Origin: an uncultured delta proteobacterium
GTDB lineage: Bacteria; Desulfobacterota; Syntrophia; Syntrophales; UBA2185
Reading direction: 5' to 3'
DNA: 64,000 nt
Assembly: GCA_963729715.1 (NCBI GenBank)
Contig: CAVSPA010000003.1
Span: forward strand, 192,001-256,000
Shown: piece by piece, positions 49,745 to 59,142 of the stretch
How the letters are laid out: every line of letters begins with the position of its first letter
Position numbering within the stretch: position 1 is the stretch's first letter
Program-made: the position numbers and the translations under genes
Notes under the pieces: generated by a model
What the model saw: only the letters and a program-made list of their open reading frames with translations
Databases searched by the model: none
What the model was told of the DNA's origin: nothing

Positions 49745-50160
49745 TCCCCGCTTTCTTTCCATGCATCGGTGGTGACGAAGTATATTGCAGTCGGAGATGA
49801 TGTACCCAGCGAGGGGTTCGTAATGACCAATCTTATTCTGTGGGTCCCTGAAACAAAGGTCGGTATTTGTGGAATATCCGGAGACTCTATAACCAGCCTG
49901 TTTCCGGAGGAGATTGTCATATTTACATTGGCGAGGAACTCTCCATCCACCTCCCACTGACCCACCAGCAGACCATCGTCGGTGTATTCTATTTCAGCAT
50001 ACACCTTAAGGGGGTAATTTCTCTTTACCGTTATTTCCGGCCTGTCATTGTCGAAGTAGATACTCATTCTTTCTATTTTCAAGCCCGCTCCCTCCACAGC
50101 AGAAGGGATCATTATGGCAGCGAGCAGAAGAAGCAAATAAATATTTTTAGACTTCGGCAT
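49741..50160 (-). CDS. Small secreted single-domain protein, paralogous to the central domain of the downstream gene
   Basis: Signal peptide; I.RM.IYF.N..P.ITVKR and GLL.G.WEVDG..LANV shared with 48341..49744. Confidence 0.78.
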   Translation of the reverse strand: MPKSKNIYLLLLLAAIMIPSAVEGAGLKIERMSIYFDNDRPEITVKRNYPLKVYAEIEYTDDGLLVGQWEVDGEFLANVNMTISSGNRLVIESPDIPQIPTFVSGTHRIRLVITNPSLGTSSPTAIYFVTTDAWKESGE

Positions 50161-50175
50161 TTTTAAGTATCCCCT

Positions 50176-52143
50176 TTAGAAAGAAACAGGCATATTTGCA
50201 GACAGGAAAATGAATACAGAAAATTTATCACTGAGCGTATCTGCCACCATATCTCTCGTCAAGTTGTAGTTGCCTCTTATTCCGACCGTCGGATTGAGCA
50301 GCCCATATTTCTGCTTGGCTATAAGCCAGCCCGTTCTGAAGTTTATATTTGTCGATTCCGTGTTGGAGGTGTCATCGGACGCCTTCACCTTATTGTAAAC
50401 GTAAGCGACTTCATAATCCAATTTCTTCAACACGTTTCCTTTGACTGCTAGGTTTGTCGTGTAGGTGTCCGTCACGACGTTGGTAAAATCATTCCTAAGT
50501 TCGTTTACGCTCAGACTCGGTACGACGGAGAATGTCGGCGTGGTATAGGTAGGGGTGAAGGTTGCCGTCATGTTCCTATTATCATTGGTACTATTGATTT
50601 GATCTTTCTGGCTGGCGTAAGCCACGTTGAAACCGAAATTCCAAGCGTCTTTAATGTAATTTATTTTTCCTGAAACGGTCTTCGTGTCAGTCCTCTTGGG
50701 CAATATCCCATCCGGCTCATTTACGCTCTCCGCACGCGTTAACTGCAGGTTCAGTCCCATGGGCAGGGTCTTGTACTTGCTGAAATTATAATCCGCCATC
50801 CCCTGATATGTGTACGTCCTCGGGATGAGGCTGGAGTTCTCCACGTTGTCATTATACCGTGAGAGGGAAACGTTTATGGCGTGTACATCAAGAAACTTGC
50901 CTCCGCCTTTCAGGGCGACACCCTCCTTATCCTTCAGAGCCCCCGGACTCGCTATGGAACCATATTTCGGACCTGCGTATTCATACAGGCCTTCATAAGT
51001 GTAATTGCTTGCCTGTCCCCCCATGAGTAATCTGTATGCCCTGTCGCTTTCCTTCGGGAGGGTATCCTGCGTGTCCTGGTCAAAGTGAGAAATGTCATAT
51101 TCCATTTCTGTTTTCAGCTTTTGCTGGAAGAAATCAGTTTTAAATAAAAAGCCCGTTGTGTCGCCCTGGGATCCGCCTCCCGCGGAAAAAGTTCCGGCGG
51201 ATGTGCCGGGTGTTTGACCGGTGACATAGATGACTTTGAAATTGGCCTTCTTGCTGAAAAGATCGACGTCAGCTGACATCCCTTCAATCTTATCTTGCGG
51301 GTCAAAGGCGAGGCCGGAGTCGTCCTTGAAAGCCCTCAGTCCTGTGACTTGTTGACCCTTCACACTGAAGGTGTTGAAGTGGAAGTTTTCGAATCCCGCA
51401 TTGAATCTGACGCCCCGACGGGACAATCCTTGGATCGTATTTTGAGATTCATTAATCGATACGTCCCCCGTTTCAGCAAGCATCTCCCCCTGCTCTCCCT
51501 TGTATTTCATGCTCAGGAGATAGTTGGGGATGGTAAAGCCCTTGTAGAGGGGGGAGTCGACCTGAGTATTTTGTTCAAGATAACGGATATTCGTGGAAAA
51601 CGAGGCTTCGAAGCCTTTTTCCCTAATCTTCGAATTGCTGGTCACGTTGCCCTCAAACTTCGAATAAGGTGTTTCGTCAGTTGTTCCTTCGGGCACGCGC
51701 CTTTGTGCCATCGCTTCATAAAGCACGGTCACATCATTTGTAGAAGACAATTCTTCAAATTGCTTGGAGTGTCTTACAGTGAAAGAAAAGTCCTTCTTGT
51801 ATTCTTTCTTTTCCGGGGTCGTGACAGTGACGCCTATTGTATGCGGGCCGGGCGACAGGACTTGAAACGGCTTGAATATGAAGCCGTCTTTCGATACCTC
51901 GACAAGTTCCGTTATATCGGTGCGGTCGAGAGTGACGAGGAGATTCTCTTTTGCAAAGGGGATGGTAATGACGCAGTTGATAACGGGTTTCTTACCGATA
52001 AACGTAGCACCTTCCTGAGGTGAGGACAATTTAATCCAATCTGTGGCCTTATCTTCCTGTTTGATCTCTGCTTTTGCTCCGGGAATGAAGATAAGAAGAA
52101 TTGCTAATATGACAGGGATACAGTGAATGAATCTGCGGAGCAT
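50176..52143 (-). CDS. Putative outer-membrane beta-barrel protein with N-terminal Ig-like domain
   Basis: Signal peptide, many amphipathic Tyr/Phe/Asn-rich strands, C-terminal Phe (..SANMPVSF). Confidence 0.75.
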   Translation of the reverse strand: MLRRFIHCIPVILAILLIFIPGAKAEIKQEDKATDWIKLSSPQEGATFIGKKPVINCVITIPFAKENLLVTLDRTDITELVEVSKDGFIFKPFQVLSPGPHTIGVTVTTPEKKEYKKDFSFTVRHSKQFEELSSTNDVTVLYEAMAQRRVPEGTTDETPYSKFEGNVTSNSKIREKGFEASFSTNIRYLEQNTQVDSPLYKGFTIPNYLLSMKYKGEQGEMLAETGDVSINESQNTIQGLSRRGVRFNAGFENFHFNTFSVKGQQVTGLRAFKDDSGLAFDPQDKIEGMSADVDLFSKKANFKVIYVTGQTPGTSAGTFSAGGGSQGDTTGFLFKTDFFQQKLKTEMEYDISHFDQDTQDTLPKESDRAYRLLMGGQASNYTYEGLYEYAGPKYGSIASPGALKDKEGVALKGGGKFLDVHAINVSLSRYNDNVENSSLIPRTYTYQGMADYNFSKYKTLPMGLNLQLTRAESVNEPDGILPKRTDTKTVSGKINYIKDAWNFGFNVAYASQKDQINSTNDNRNMTATFTPTYTTPTFSVVPSLSVNELRNDFTNVVTDTYTTNLAVKGNVLKKLDYEVAYVYNKVKASDDTSNTESTNINFRTGWLIAKQKYGLLNPTVGIRGNYNLTRDMVADTLSDKFSVFIFLSANMPVSF

Positions 52144-52687
52144 GATTTCGCCTACCGGAACTATGGATAATTTGTCGAGAATTCGTTAAACGAAGAACAG
52201 ACGAAAGGTGTAAGCGACCACCATTCGCAGTAAAGAGTTTCCAAAATTAATTCACGCCGCCTTATCATGAACAAGATTACCCGTTACATGAAAAGCCGGG
52301 TTTTACAATCATCTACGGACAACAAGAGGTGGTAAAGCTGTCATGAATTTCAATCTCATGCATTGCATTTATAGTTTGCATATCACCATTTTCTTGAGAT
52401 GTCTACACCAAAAAATAGGATGCCTTAACTTTATGCACTGAGGAAGACGTCAGCAAAATATCTGTGGCAATCCATCTCTTCACATATGATTTGGGATAGG
52501 GGAAAATAGATAGAGACAAGCAGCCGTTGCGGTCATCCGATTTCTCGTTTCATTCAATAGTGTTGAATGTTTCATTAAATACTTCGCCCTTTTCAGGGCT
52601 CCGACGTTTCATCTCAATATCTCGGCATGTCGAGATACCCCTATATAATAAGCATGTTACAGATAATTACATAGCACCTTATCAAAC

Positions 52688-52703
52688 TGGCACGGATATT
52701 TCA
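52688..52703 (+). promoter_or_regulatory. Sigma54-type -24/-12 promoter
   Basis: TGGCACG-GATA-TTTCA, one mismatch to TGGCACG-N4-TTGC; near-perfect palindrome upstream at 52618-52637. Confidence 0.55.
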
Positions 52704-52749
52704 TTTATACAATTGCAATTAGATCAGAAACGCAAGGAGGAAACAGATT

Positions 52750-53025
52750 ATGAAAAAGGCAGTTAAGACATTAGGCCTGGCGGTATTTGTGGTGTTGATG
52801 ACGGCAACATTCGGCTTTGCCGAGTATGCAACAGCGAGTGTGAGCGAGTTCCCGTATTTTCAGCTTGGATGTCTGATTGTTGGCGGGATGATGGTCATCT
52901 CCTTGAAGCAAAAATATCCGAGGTTTTATGCCGGCGAGCTGATGGGCGTATTCACTATGTATACGCTTCTTGTTGCCCTGTTTACTGCGCCGGTCTTCAA
53001 TGCGATCAAGAACCTGGTAGGCTAA
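52750..53025 (+). CDS. Small membrane hypothetical protein
   Basis: AAGGAGG RBS; signal-like N-terminus plus two hydrophobic helices. Confidence 0.75.
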   Translation: MKKAVKTLGLAVFVVLMTATFGFAEYATASVSEFPYFQLGCLIVGGMMVISLKQKYPRFYAGELMGVFTMYTLLVALFTAPVFNAIKNLVG

Positions 53026-53093
53026 GGAGACCAGCGAACCTCACGTTCATGAGAGTATGCTGATCAACCCCGGAGGGAAAGGAGGTTAAGGCC

Positions 53094-53330
53094 ATGTTAA
53101 TGACGGACAAGACACACCAAGACCGCAAGATGTACAGAGCGATCTTCATGCTGAGTTCATGGGGGTTTGTCATCGTGATTGCGTCATTCCTCTTCCTCTA
53201 TGTGGGACACAAACTGGACGAACTTCTCGGCACTTCTCCCAGCTTTATGCTCGGGTTGTTTTTCCTGGCCATATTTGCCTGCATCGGCAGGCTGTATCAG
53301 GATGCTTGGTTGAAGCGAAAGGATGTCTGA
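53094..53330 (+). CDS. AtpZ/AtpI-like small membrane protein
   Basis: AAGGAGG RBS; G..LD..LGT.P.F.L pattern between two TM helices. Confidence 0.75.
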   Translation: MLMTDKTHQDRKMYRAIFMLSSWGFVIVIASFLFLYVGHKLDELLGTSPSFMLGLFFLAIFACIGRLYQDAWLKRKDV

Positions 53331-53389
53331 GATCATCCTCCCCCTGCGGAAAACGTAAAAGATATTTTCACGATCTGTGATCATCGCCA

Positions 53390-53426
53390 AAGCCCCTCCG
53401 CCGACTTAGCAAAGGGGCTTATTTTA
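53390..53426. terminator. Intrinsic terminator between convergent genes
   Basis: AAGCCCCT/AGGGGCTT stem followed by ATTTTAT. Confidence 0.55.
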
Positions 53427-53467
53427 TGGTGCACGACTATTGAGAGTAAACACGGGATATATTAGGT

Positions 53468-55987
53468 TCATGATCTGTCAAGTTCATTTCTCACGGCCAA
53501 GCCGATCTTTTCCAGTACGTAGGGTTTCTTGACATAGGCGCCGGCTCCCAACTCCTGGGCCTTCTTGACCCGATTCGTTTCAGAAAATCCGCTCACAATG
53601 ATGGCCTTCTGCTTCGGGTTGATTCTGACGACCCGTTGATATGTCTCGAGCCCGTCAATACCGGGGTCCATAATCATGTCGAGGACCATAAGATCAACGC
53701 GGTGCGTCTTGAGGTAATCAATAGCTTCTTCTCCGCTTGCCGCGGCGTTAACTTCGTAGCCGAGCCTTGTCAGCATGCTCGTGGCCAGTTCCCTTTGCTC
53801 CTTCACATCGTCCACTACCAGAATTGATTCTCCCCTGCCCGCGTATGATTCAGGCAATACCGCCTTCTGATCACTGACCATGTCCTCTCTGGTAACCGGG
53901 AAGTAGAGCATGAAGGTGCTTCCCTTTCCTTCCTCACTCTCGACGTCAATATATCCTTCATGGTCTTTCACCGTTCCCCAAACCACGGCTAATCCTAGGC
54001 CGGTTCCGCTTCTCCCCATGACCTTTTTTGTATAGAACGGCTCGAAAATACGCTTCAAATCGGCGGCCGGTATGCCTTCCCCCGTGTCCGAGACGGAAAG
54101 AACAACGTAGTCACCCTCTCTGACAGCGTCATATCCTTGGATGGGTTTATCGAGGTACTGGTTGCTCGTGGAAATAGTCAACCTGCCTCCCTTCGGCATA
54201 GCCTCGGCGGCATTGGAAACGAGGTTCATTATAGTCTTCTCGAGATGGATAGGGGAGCCTATGATGTTTAACAGGTCTTCCCCGATGCTGGTCTCTACAT
54301 GAACATCCGGGTGAAATGAGCACATCTTCTCAAACTCGGGAGACTTTTGAAAATCAATCACTATGTTGTTTAGATTAATAACCTTGCCGGTATGGACCCC
54401 TCTTCGCGCCAGGGTCAGTAGATCCTGAACAATAGCAGCGGCCCTCTGGCCGCCGCTCATGATATTCACGACATGCGGTCTTATGGTGCTTGATTCATCG
54501 ATTCTCTCGAGAAGCAATTCTGAATAACCGACTACGATGCCGAGAACATTATTGAGATCGTGTGCGACTCCGCCTGCCAACGTGCCTAATGCCTCCATTT
54601 TCTCCGCTCTCTGCAGGCGCTCCTCCAGCACCTTTCGCTCCTGTTCGGCTTGCCTGCGCTCGGTCATGTCGAATAGGGTGGAACGGCTCATGACGTAACG
54701 ACCTTTGTCATTTTTAATGGCCGTGGCATTCAAAAGCACGGGCAGCCTGGTGCCGTCCTTACGGATGAGTTCGAACTCAAGATTGTCCATCCATCCCCGT
54801 TCCTTTAAGATAGGAAAGGTCTTATGGTAAACGCTCAGATACTCCGGGGCCAACAAATAGCTCCATTTCATCTTGCCGATGACTTCCTCCCGGGTATAGC
54901 CTAGCCATCGAAGCTCTGTCTCATTCATCTGCAGGAAGGTGCTGTCCGGACCTAGAGAATGATAGCCGCACGGGGCGTTATTATAGAGATCGCTGATTTC
55001 TTCGGAATATTTTCTCAATTCATCTTCCGCCTGCCTGCGTATCACCGCCTCCTTGCGCAAGTCCGCATTGGCCTGTCCCAGCTCGGCGGTACGCTCGTCG
55101 ACGCGCTTTTCGAGTGAGGCATGAGAGGCGCGCAATTGTTCGAGCAGTTTGTTGAAGGCGGAACCGAGGACGCTGATTTCGTCGGTCCCTGTGACCGTGA
55201 CCGGCGTCATCCACGGACTCTCGGTGTGCGAAGCGATATCCTGAAAATGTCCGGAGATAGCCGCCAGACGCCTCGTAACCAAGACTCTGAAAACGACTAT
55301 GATCAATCCGAAGAGGAGGGCAAGACCTGCTACCAAAATAATCGTCTGGTGGCGCATCTCGGCGGCGAGGGCGGCATTCACCTTCTCGATGGGCACTGCG
55401 ACCATATCGAGTCCTGCCACATCTCCTACCTTCCGGTAGAAACTTGCTTTTGATCCATACCGTTTTACAAGTTCCGCCGGTGCGTCCTTCGGGTCGCCAT
55501 GGCAGCGCATGCATTCGCCCGTCAAAAACCTGGGTGTGAAATGAACGAGGTAAAGCCTGCCGTTAATCTCCACCTTGTCGGTTCGTCTTTTGAATTGTGG
55601 ATTCGCGCGGAAGTAATTGATCATCTTCAGTTCTTCCGTGTCGGCCAAATTCGCAGGGTTCCGCGGGTTTTCGGACGAGAAGCGGATGATGTAATCGGGG
55701 AATTTCTTTCTCACGTCCTCAAATATTTTTTTCGAAATATAGGAGGTGGACATTGTCTCCGGGTTGAAGCCGTCCCTGCCCATGAATTTCTCCACATTGG
55801 GTCGGATCTTCTGTCCCACATAGTTGCGAATCGCCAGATCAAATTCGAGAGCAAGGTTGGCCTGCTGATTGACAAGTTCATTGGCGTGCTTTCGGCTTGC
55901 GTCGTAGGTTTGATAAAGGATAAATACGGAAAACAGGACTGCGAGCAATCCAAAAGGTAGAAGGAAACGCGTTCCCAGACTTTTCAT
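53468..55987 (-). CDS. Hybrid sensor histidine kinase (DUF3365-like heme c, HAMP, PAS, HisKA, HATPase, REC)
   Basis: NPRNPAN and CMRCH in the periplasmic part; LAGGVAHDLNN, FEPFYTKK..GTGLGL, ILVVDD..LDMIM. Confidence 0.92.
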   Translation of the reverse strand: MKSLGTRFLLPFGLLAVLFSVFILYQTYDASRKHANELVNQQANLALEFDLAIRNYVGQKIRPNVEKFMGRDGFNPETMSTSYISKKIFEDVRKKFPDYIIRFSSENPRNPANLADTEELKMINYFRANPQFKRRTDKVEINGRLYLVHFTPRFLTGECMRCHGDPKDAPAELVKRYGSKASFYRKVGDVAGLDMVAVPIEKVNAALAAEMRHQTIILVAGLALLFGLIIVVFRVLVTRRLAAISGHFQDIASHTESPWMTPVTVTGTDEISVLGSAFNKLLEQLRASHASLEKRVDERTAELGQANADLRKEAVIRRQAEDELRKYSEEISDLYNNAPCGYHSLGPDSTFLQMNETELRWLGYTREEVIGKMKWSYLLAPEYLSVYHKTFPILKERGWMDNLEFELIRKDGTRLPVLLNATAIKNDKGRYVMSRSTLFDMTERRQAEQERKVLEERLQRAEKMEALGTLAGGVAHDLNNVLGIVVGYSELLLERIDESSTIRPHVVNIMSGGQRAAAIVQDLLTLARRGVHTGKVINLNNIVIDFQKSPEFEKMCSFHPDVHVETSIGEDLLNIIGSPIHLEKTIMNLVSNAAEAMPKGGRLTISTSNQYLDKPIQGYDAVREGDYVVLSVSDTGEGIPAADLKRIFEPFYTKKVMGRSGTGLGLAVVWGTVKDHEGYIDVESEEGKGSTFMLYFPVTREDMVSDQKAVLPESYAGRGESILVVDDVKEQRELATSMLTRLGYEVNAAASGEEAIDYLKTHRVDLMVLDMIMDPGIDGLETYQRVVRINPKQKAIIVSGFSETNRVKKAQELGAGAYVKKPYVLEKIGLAVRNELDRS

Positions 55988-56100
55988 GGCTTTTCTCCCA
56001 CGTGCTCAGACATTTCCGATGCTCCTGGAAAAAAATATTAGCAAGAGTATAAAGAGAAGCCGATTGTATGTCAAGGAATGCCGGCGAGAGTCCTTTCCTC

Positions 56101-56129
56101 TTGACGCACAACCGACTTTTTCCTATACT
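56101..56129 (+). promoter_or_regulatory. Sigma70-type promoter
   Basis: TTGACG-17 bp-TATACT upstream of ATG 56177. Confidence 0.6.
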
Positions 56130-56176
56130 CCCTCATCAAGGGAGCAGCTTTTTCATCAACGCGTGTCGGTACCCAT

Positions 56177-57007
56177 ATGATCCCGAAACGAAAACTCGGC
56201 AAAACCAACGTGGATGTGACCATCCTGGGCCTCGGCGGCGAGGGTGTCCTTCGGACATACGGCAACGAACAGGAGGCTTATGAACTGATCAACCGGGCCA
56301 TTGATCTCGGGATTAATTACTTTGATTCAGCCAAGGCGTACGCGGGATGCGAATCATACTACGGGAAGGCGTTGAAGGAGAGGAGGAAGGATATCTTCCT
56401 TGCGGGCAAGTCTCACGCCCGCGACTGGAAGGGTGCTCATGCGCATCTACGCGATACCCTTAAGACCATGAACACCGACCATCTCGACCTCTGGCAGATG
56501 CATGACATGAGAACTCAAGAGGACATTGACGAGGTCACCTCGCCCCGAGGCGCACTGGAAGCGTTTGTAGAGGCGAAGGAAAAGGGTCTTGCCCGTTTCA
56601 TCGGTGTCACCGGTCATGAAAATCCGTCGATCCTCAGGCGCTGCATTGAGCTTGCCGACTTCGATACAGTACTTATGCCCGTCAATCCCGCAGAACCGCA
56701 ATATCTAAATTTTATCGACGGCCTCATACCGTTTGCGCTGCAAAAGAATATGGGGATCATTGCCATGAAGGTCTATATCAGAGGAATGGCATCAAGAATT
56801 CCCGGAATCGGTACGATAGAGCCCTTCTACCGTTTTGCCCTCTCTCATCCTGTGACAACGGCGATCATCGGGTGCGATACCATCGCACAGCTTGAAGAGA
56901 ATGTAAGGTGCGCCTGGTCATTTGCTCCGATGAAAGACAGGGAGATGGGCCGTATCAGCGAACTCGTCGCTCCCTATGCCCGTCAACTCATGTACTACAA
57001 GCCATAA
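56177..57007 (+). CDS. Aldo/keto reductase
   Basis: R.LGKT, GINYFDSA..Y, TDHLDLWQMH, RFIGVTGH, IIAMK. Confidence 0.9.
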   Translation: MIPKRKLGKTNVDVTILGLGGEGVLRTYGNEQEAYELINRAIDLGINYFDSAKAYAGCESYYGKALKERRKDIFLAGKSHARDWKGAHAHLRDTLKTMNTDHLDLWQMHDMRTQEDIDEVTSPRGALEAFVEAKEKGLARFIGVTGHENPSILRRCIELADFDTVLMPVNPAEPQYLNFIDGLIPFALQKNMGIIAMKVYIRGMASRIPGIGTIEPFYRFALSHPVTTAIIGCDTIAQLEENVRCAWSFAPMKDREMGRISELVAPYARQLMYYKP

Positions 57008-57078
57008 AAACAGTCCCATTACACGATCACAAGGAAGAAGCCACGCCTGTAAAGCTTACTTAGTTTGCTGACCAGGCA

Positions 57079-58854
57079 TCACGCCGGCTGCGGCATGATG
57101 CCATGGATAGGGAAGACATTTGTCTCAAGGAAGGCCATAACGCGGCTGGCCTCGGCGCGTGCCTCGGCAATTTTGGAGGGAGAGATGAAAGGATACGGAT
57201 CACGGAGAGATGAGCCTTCGATGGCCGCGGCGCCGCGGGCGCCCATCTGGCCGAAGTAGTCTCCGTCGGGTTCTGCATTGTGCAGCACAGCCCAGGCGAG
57301 TGTCCAGTCGCGGGCTATGCTCTTCGGGTTGTAGCCGCCCGCGCCCAGCATGAGCATCTTGGGCACGAGCCGGCGAATCCCGTAAATAACTTCTGCGTAG
57401 ATATTATTCGTTAGAGAGAGATGCGACATGGAATCGGTGTACATGGCGTCAACACCGGCGGAAACAACGCAGACATCGGGTTTATACGTGCGGGCGAGCG
57501 GCGAGACGATGCGGCGGAATACTTCACCGTAGATTTCGTCTTCTGTGCCGGGTGCAAGCGGGACGTTCACATTGTAGCCGTAGCCTCCGCCTTCACCAAG
57601 TTCATTCTCAAAACCGGAGTTCCAGGGAAAGAGGGTGCGCGCGGATTCATGGAGGGATATCTTGAGGACGCGACTCTCGTCGTAGAAAGCGAACTGGACG
57701 CCGTCGCCGTGGTGCGCATCGATATCGAAGTAAAGGACACGGCGTCCCTGCTGGAGAAGATACTTGATGGCGATGACAACGTCGTTGAGGTAGCAGAATC
57801 CGGAGGCGTAATTGGGGCCGCCGTGGTGGAAGCCGCCCGTGGGACTAAAGACGAGGTCGATGTTCGGCTGCGAAATCAGCAAATCTGCGCCCATGACGGA
57901 AGCGCCGACGGCAAGCATGGAGTATTCGAGCACGCCTCGGGAGACAGGGTTGTCGCTGGTGCCGATGCCGTAAGAGAGCAGGCGGGTGTTGAATACGCCC
58001 ATGGAGGCCATGACGAGGTAGTGATAGTAATGAACGTCATGGAAGGCGAGGACCGAATTTTCATCGATGGGTGCGGGCTCCATGATCTGGACGCCGCGCA
58101 GGTGGTGGAGGTCGTGGCGCTTGCACATATCAAGGAAGAGCCGCGAGCGGGCCGTGACGAAGGGATGGTCTTGCTTGATGGTGAATTCCTCGAAGCGTGG
58201 TGAGTAGATGATGACGGAGCGCGTTTCGGGCAGCACTCTCTCGCCTTCGAGGTAGTCGGGCGATTTAATGAATCCCGTAGACGGCGCCACGGGCGTGATA
58301 ATGTCGGAGAGGTCCGGCGTTTCAGGGACGCCCGCAAGGTCGAGTTCCAGTTCCAGTTCGTTACCATCGCGACGGGCCTCGCGGAATCCGACTTTATAAT
58401 AGATGCGCAGGGCGCGCGCGTTGTTGCGGCTTTCGAAAACCCAGACTTTTCTGTACCCGAGGCGTTTGGCAGCGGCGAAAAGCGGGTAGGTGACGATGCT
58501 GCCGATGCCCCTGTTCTGAACCTCGTTGTGGACGAAGAGGGTAAACTCAACTATATCCGGGTCCGGCATGGGGAAGAGCATGCCGTGGGCGACGGCGGCG
58601 CCGCCCAGTTCGGCCTTGAGGTTCATCGCGGTACGGAGGCAACTGCGAATCCATTCGAGGCGCGTTTTCTGGTCGACAGGTGGCAGACCCTGGATGGCGG
58701 CCTTTGGTTCATAGGTGTCGTACATCCGCGCGAGTGCTTCGAGATCAGCATCGCCGCAGGGCGATACGGTCACGACATCTTTTTTCTTATCGAGGGCCGA
58801 ACAGGGCCATAGGTCGAGTTCGGCGAATTGCTTCATTATGTCAGGCCAGTTCAC
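57079..58854 (-). CDS. GNAT acetyltransferase fused to an AcuC/HDAC-family deacetylase
   Basis: QNRGIGS and N.RAL..Y.KVGF (GNAT); GGFHH..ASGFCY.ND, DIDAHHGDGVQ, SLHE, NVPL, GGY (HDAC). Confidence 0.88.
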   Translation of the reverse strand: MNWPDIMKQFAELDLWPCSALDKKKDVVTVSPCGDADLEALARMYDTYEPKAAIQGLPPVDQKTRLEWIRSCLRTAMNLKAELGGAAVAHGMLFPMPDPDIVEFTLFVHNEVQNRGIGSIVTYPLFAAAKRLGYRKVWVFESRNNARALRIYYKVGFREARRDGNELELELDLAGVPETPDLSDIITPVAPSTGFIKSPDYLEGERVLPETRSVIIYSPRFEEFTIKQDHPFVTARSRLFLDMCKRHDLHHLRGVQIMEPAPIDENSVLAFHDVHYYHYLVMASMGVFNTRLLSYGIGTSDNPVSRGVLEYSMLAVGASVMGADLLISQPNIDLVFSPTGGFHHGGPNYASGFCYLNDVVIAIKYLLQQGRRVLYFDIDAHHGDGVQFAFYDESRVLKISLHESARTLFPWNSGFENELGEGGGYGYNVNVPLAPGTEDEIYGEVFRRIVSPLARTYKPDVCVVSAGVDAMYTDSMSHLSLTNNIYAEVIYGIRRLVPKMLMLGAGGYNPKSIARDWTLAWAVLHNAEPDGDYFGQMGARGAAAIEGSSLRDPYPFISPSKIAEARAEASRVMAFLETNVFPIHGIMPQPA

Positions 58855-58951
58855 CGTTCCTCCTGCATTTCATCTATCATGTCCGCCCCGACAAATATGC
58901 TCGTAGACGGGATCTAATCGGGAATCCAGTCTTTGCGACGTCCTGCGTAAA

Positions 58952-58981
58952 AGTATAGGAGAATATGTTCCTGCCTGTCAA
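58952..58981 (-). promoter_or_regulatory. Sigma70-type promoter for the GNAT-deacetylase gene
   Basis: Minus strand TTGACA-18 bp-TATACT. Confidence 0.55.
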
Positions 58982-59142
58982 CATTATTAAACCAGCATGA
59001 AGGTTTCTCTGCTTTTCCAAGTGCTCAGGCATGCATCTCAACGTGCCCCGGAAATTATATTGTGAATAGCAACATAATCAAGTACACTGCTTCGCATATG
59101 CAGTCATCATAATCACATAATTAAGAATAGGAATGGCTTCAC

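Noticed and set aside
58958..58972. Second LexA-like box in the GNAT-deacetylase promoter
   Set aside because: Only one GTTC half-site matches at the correct spacing.
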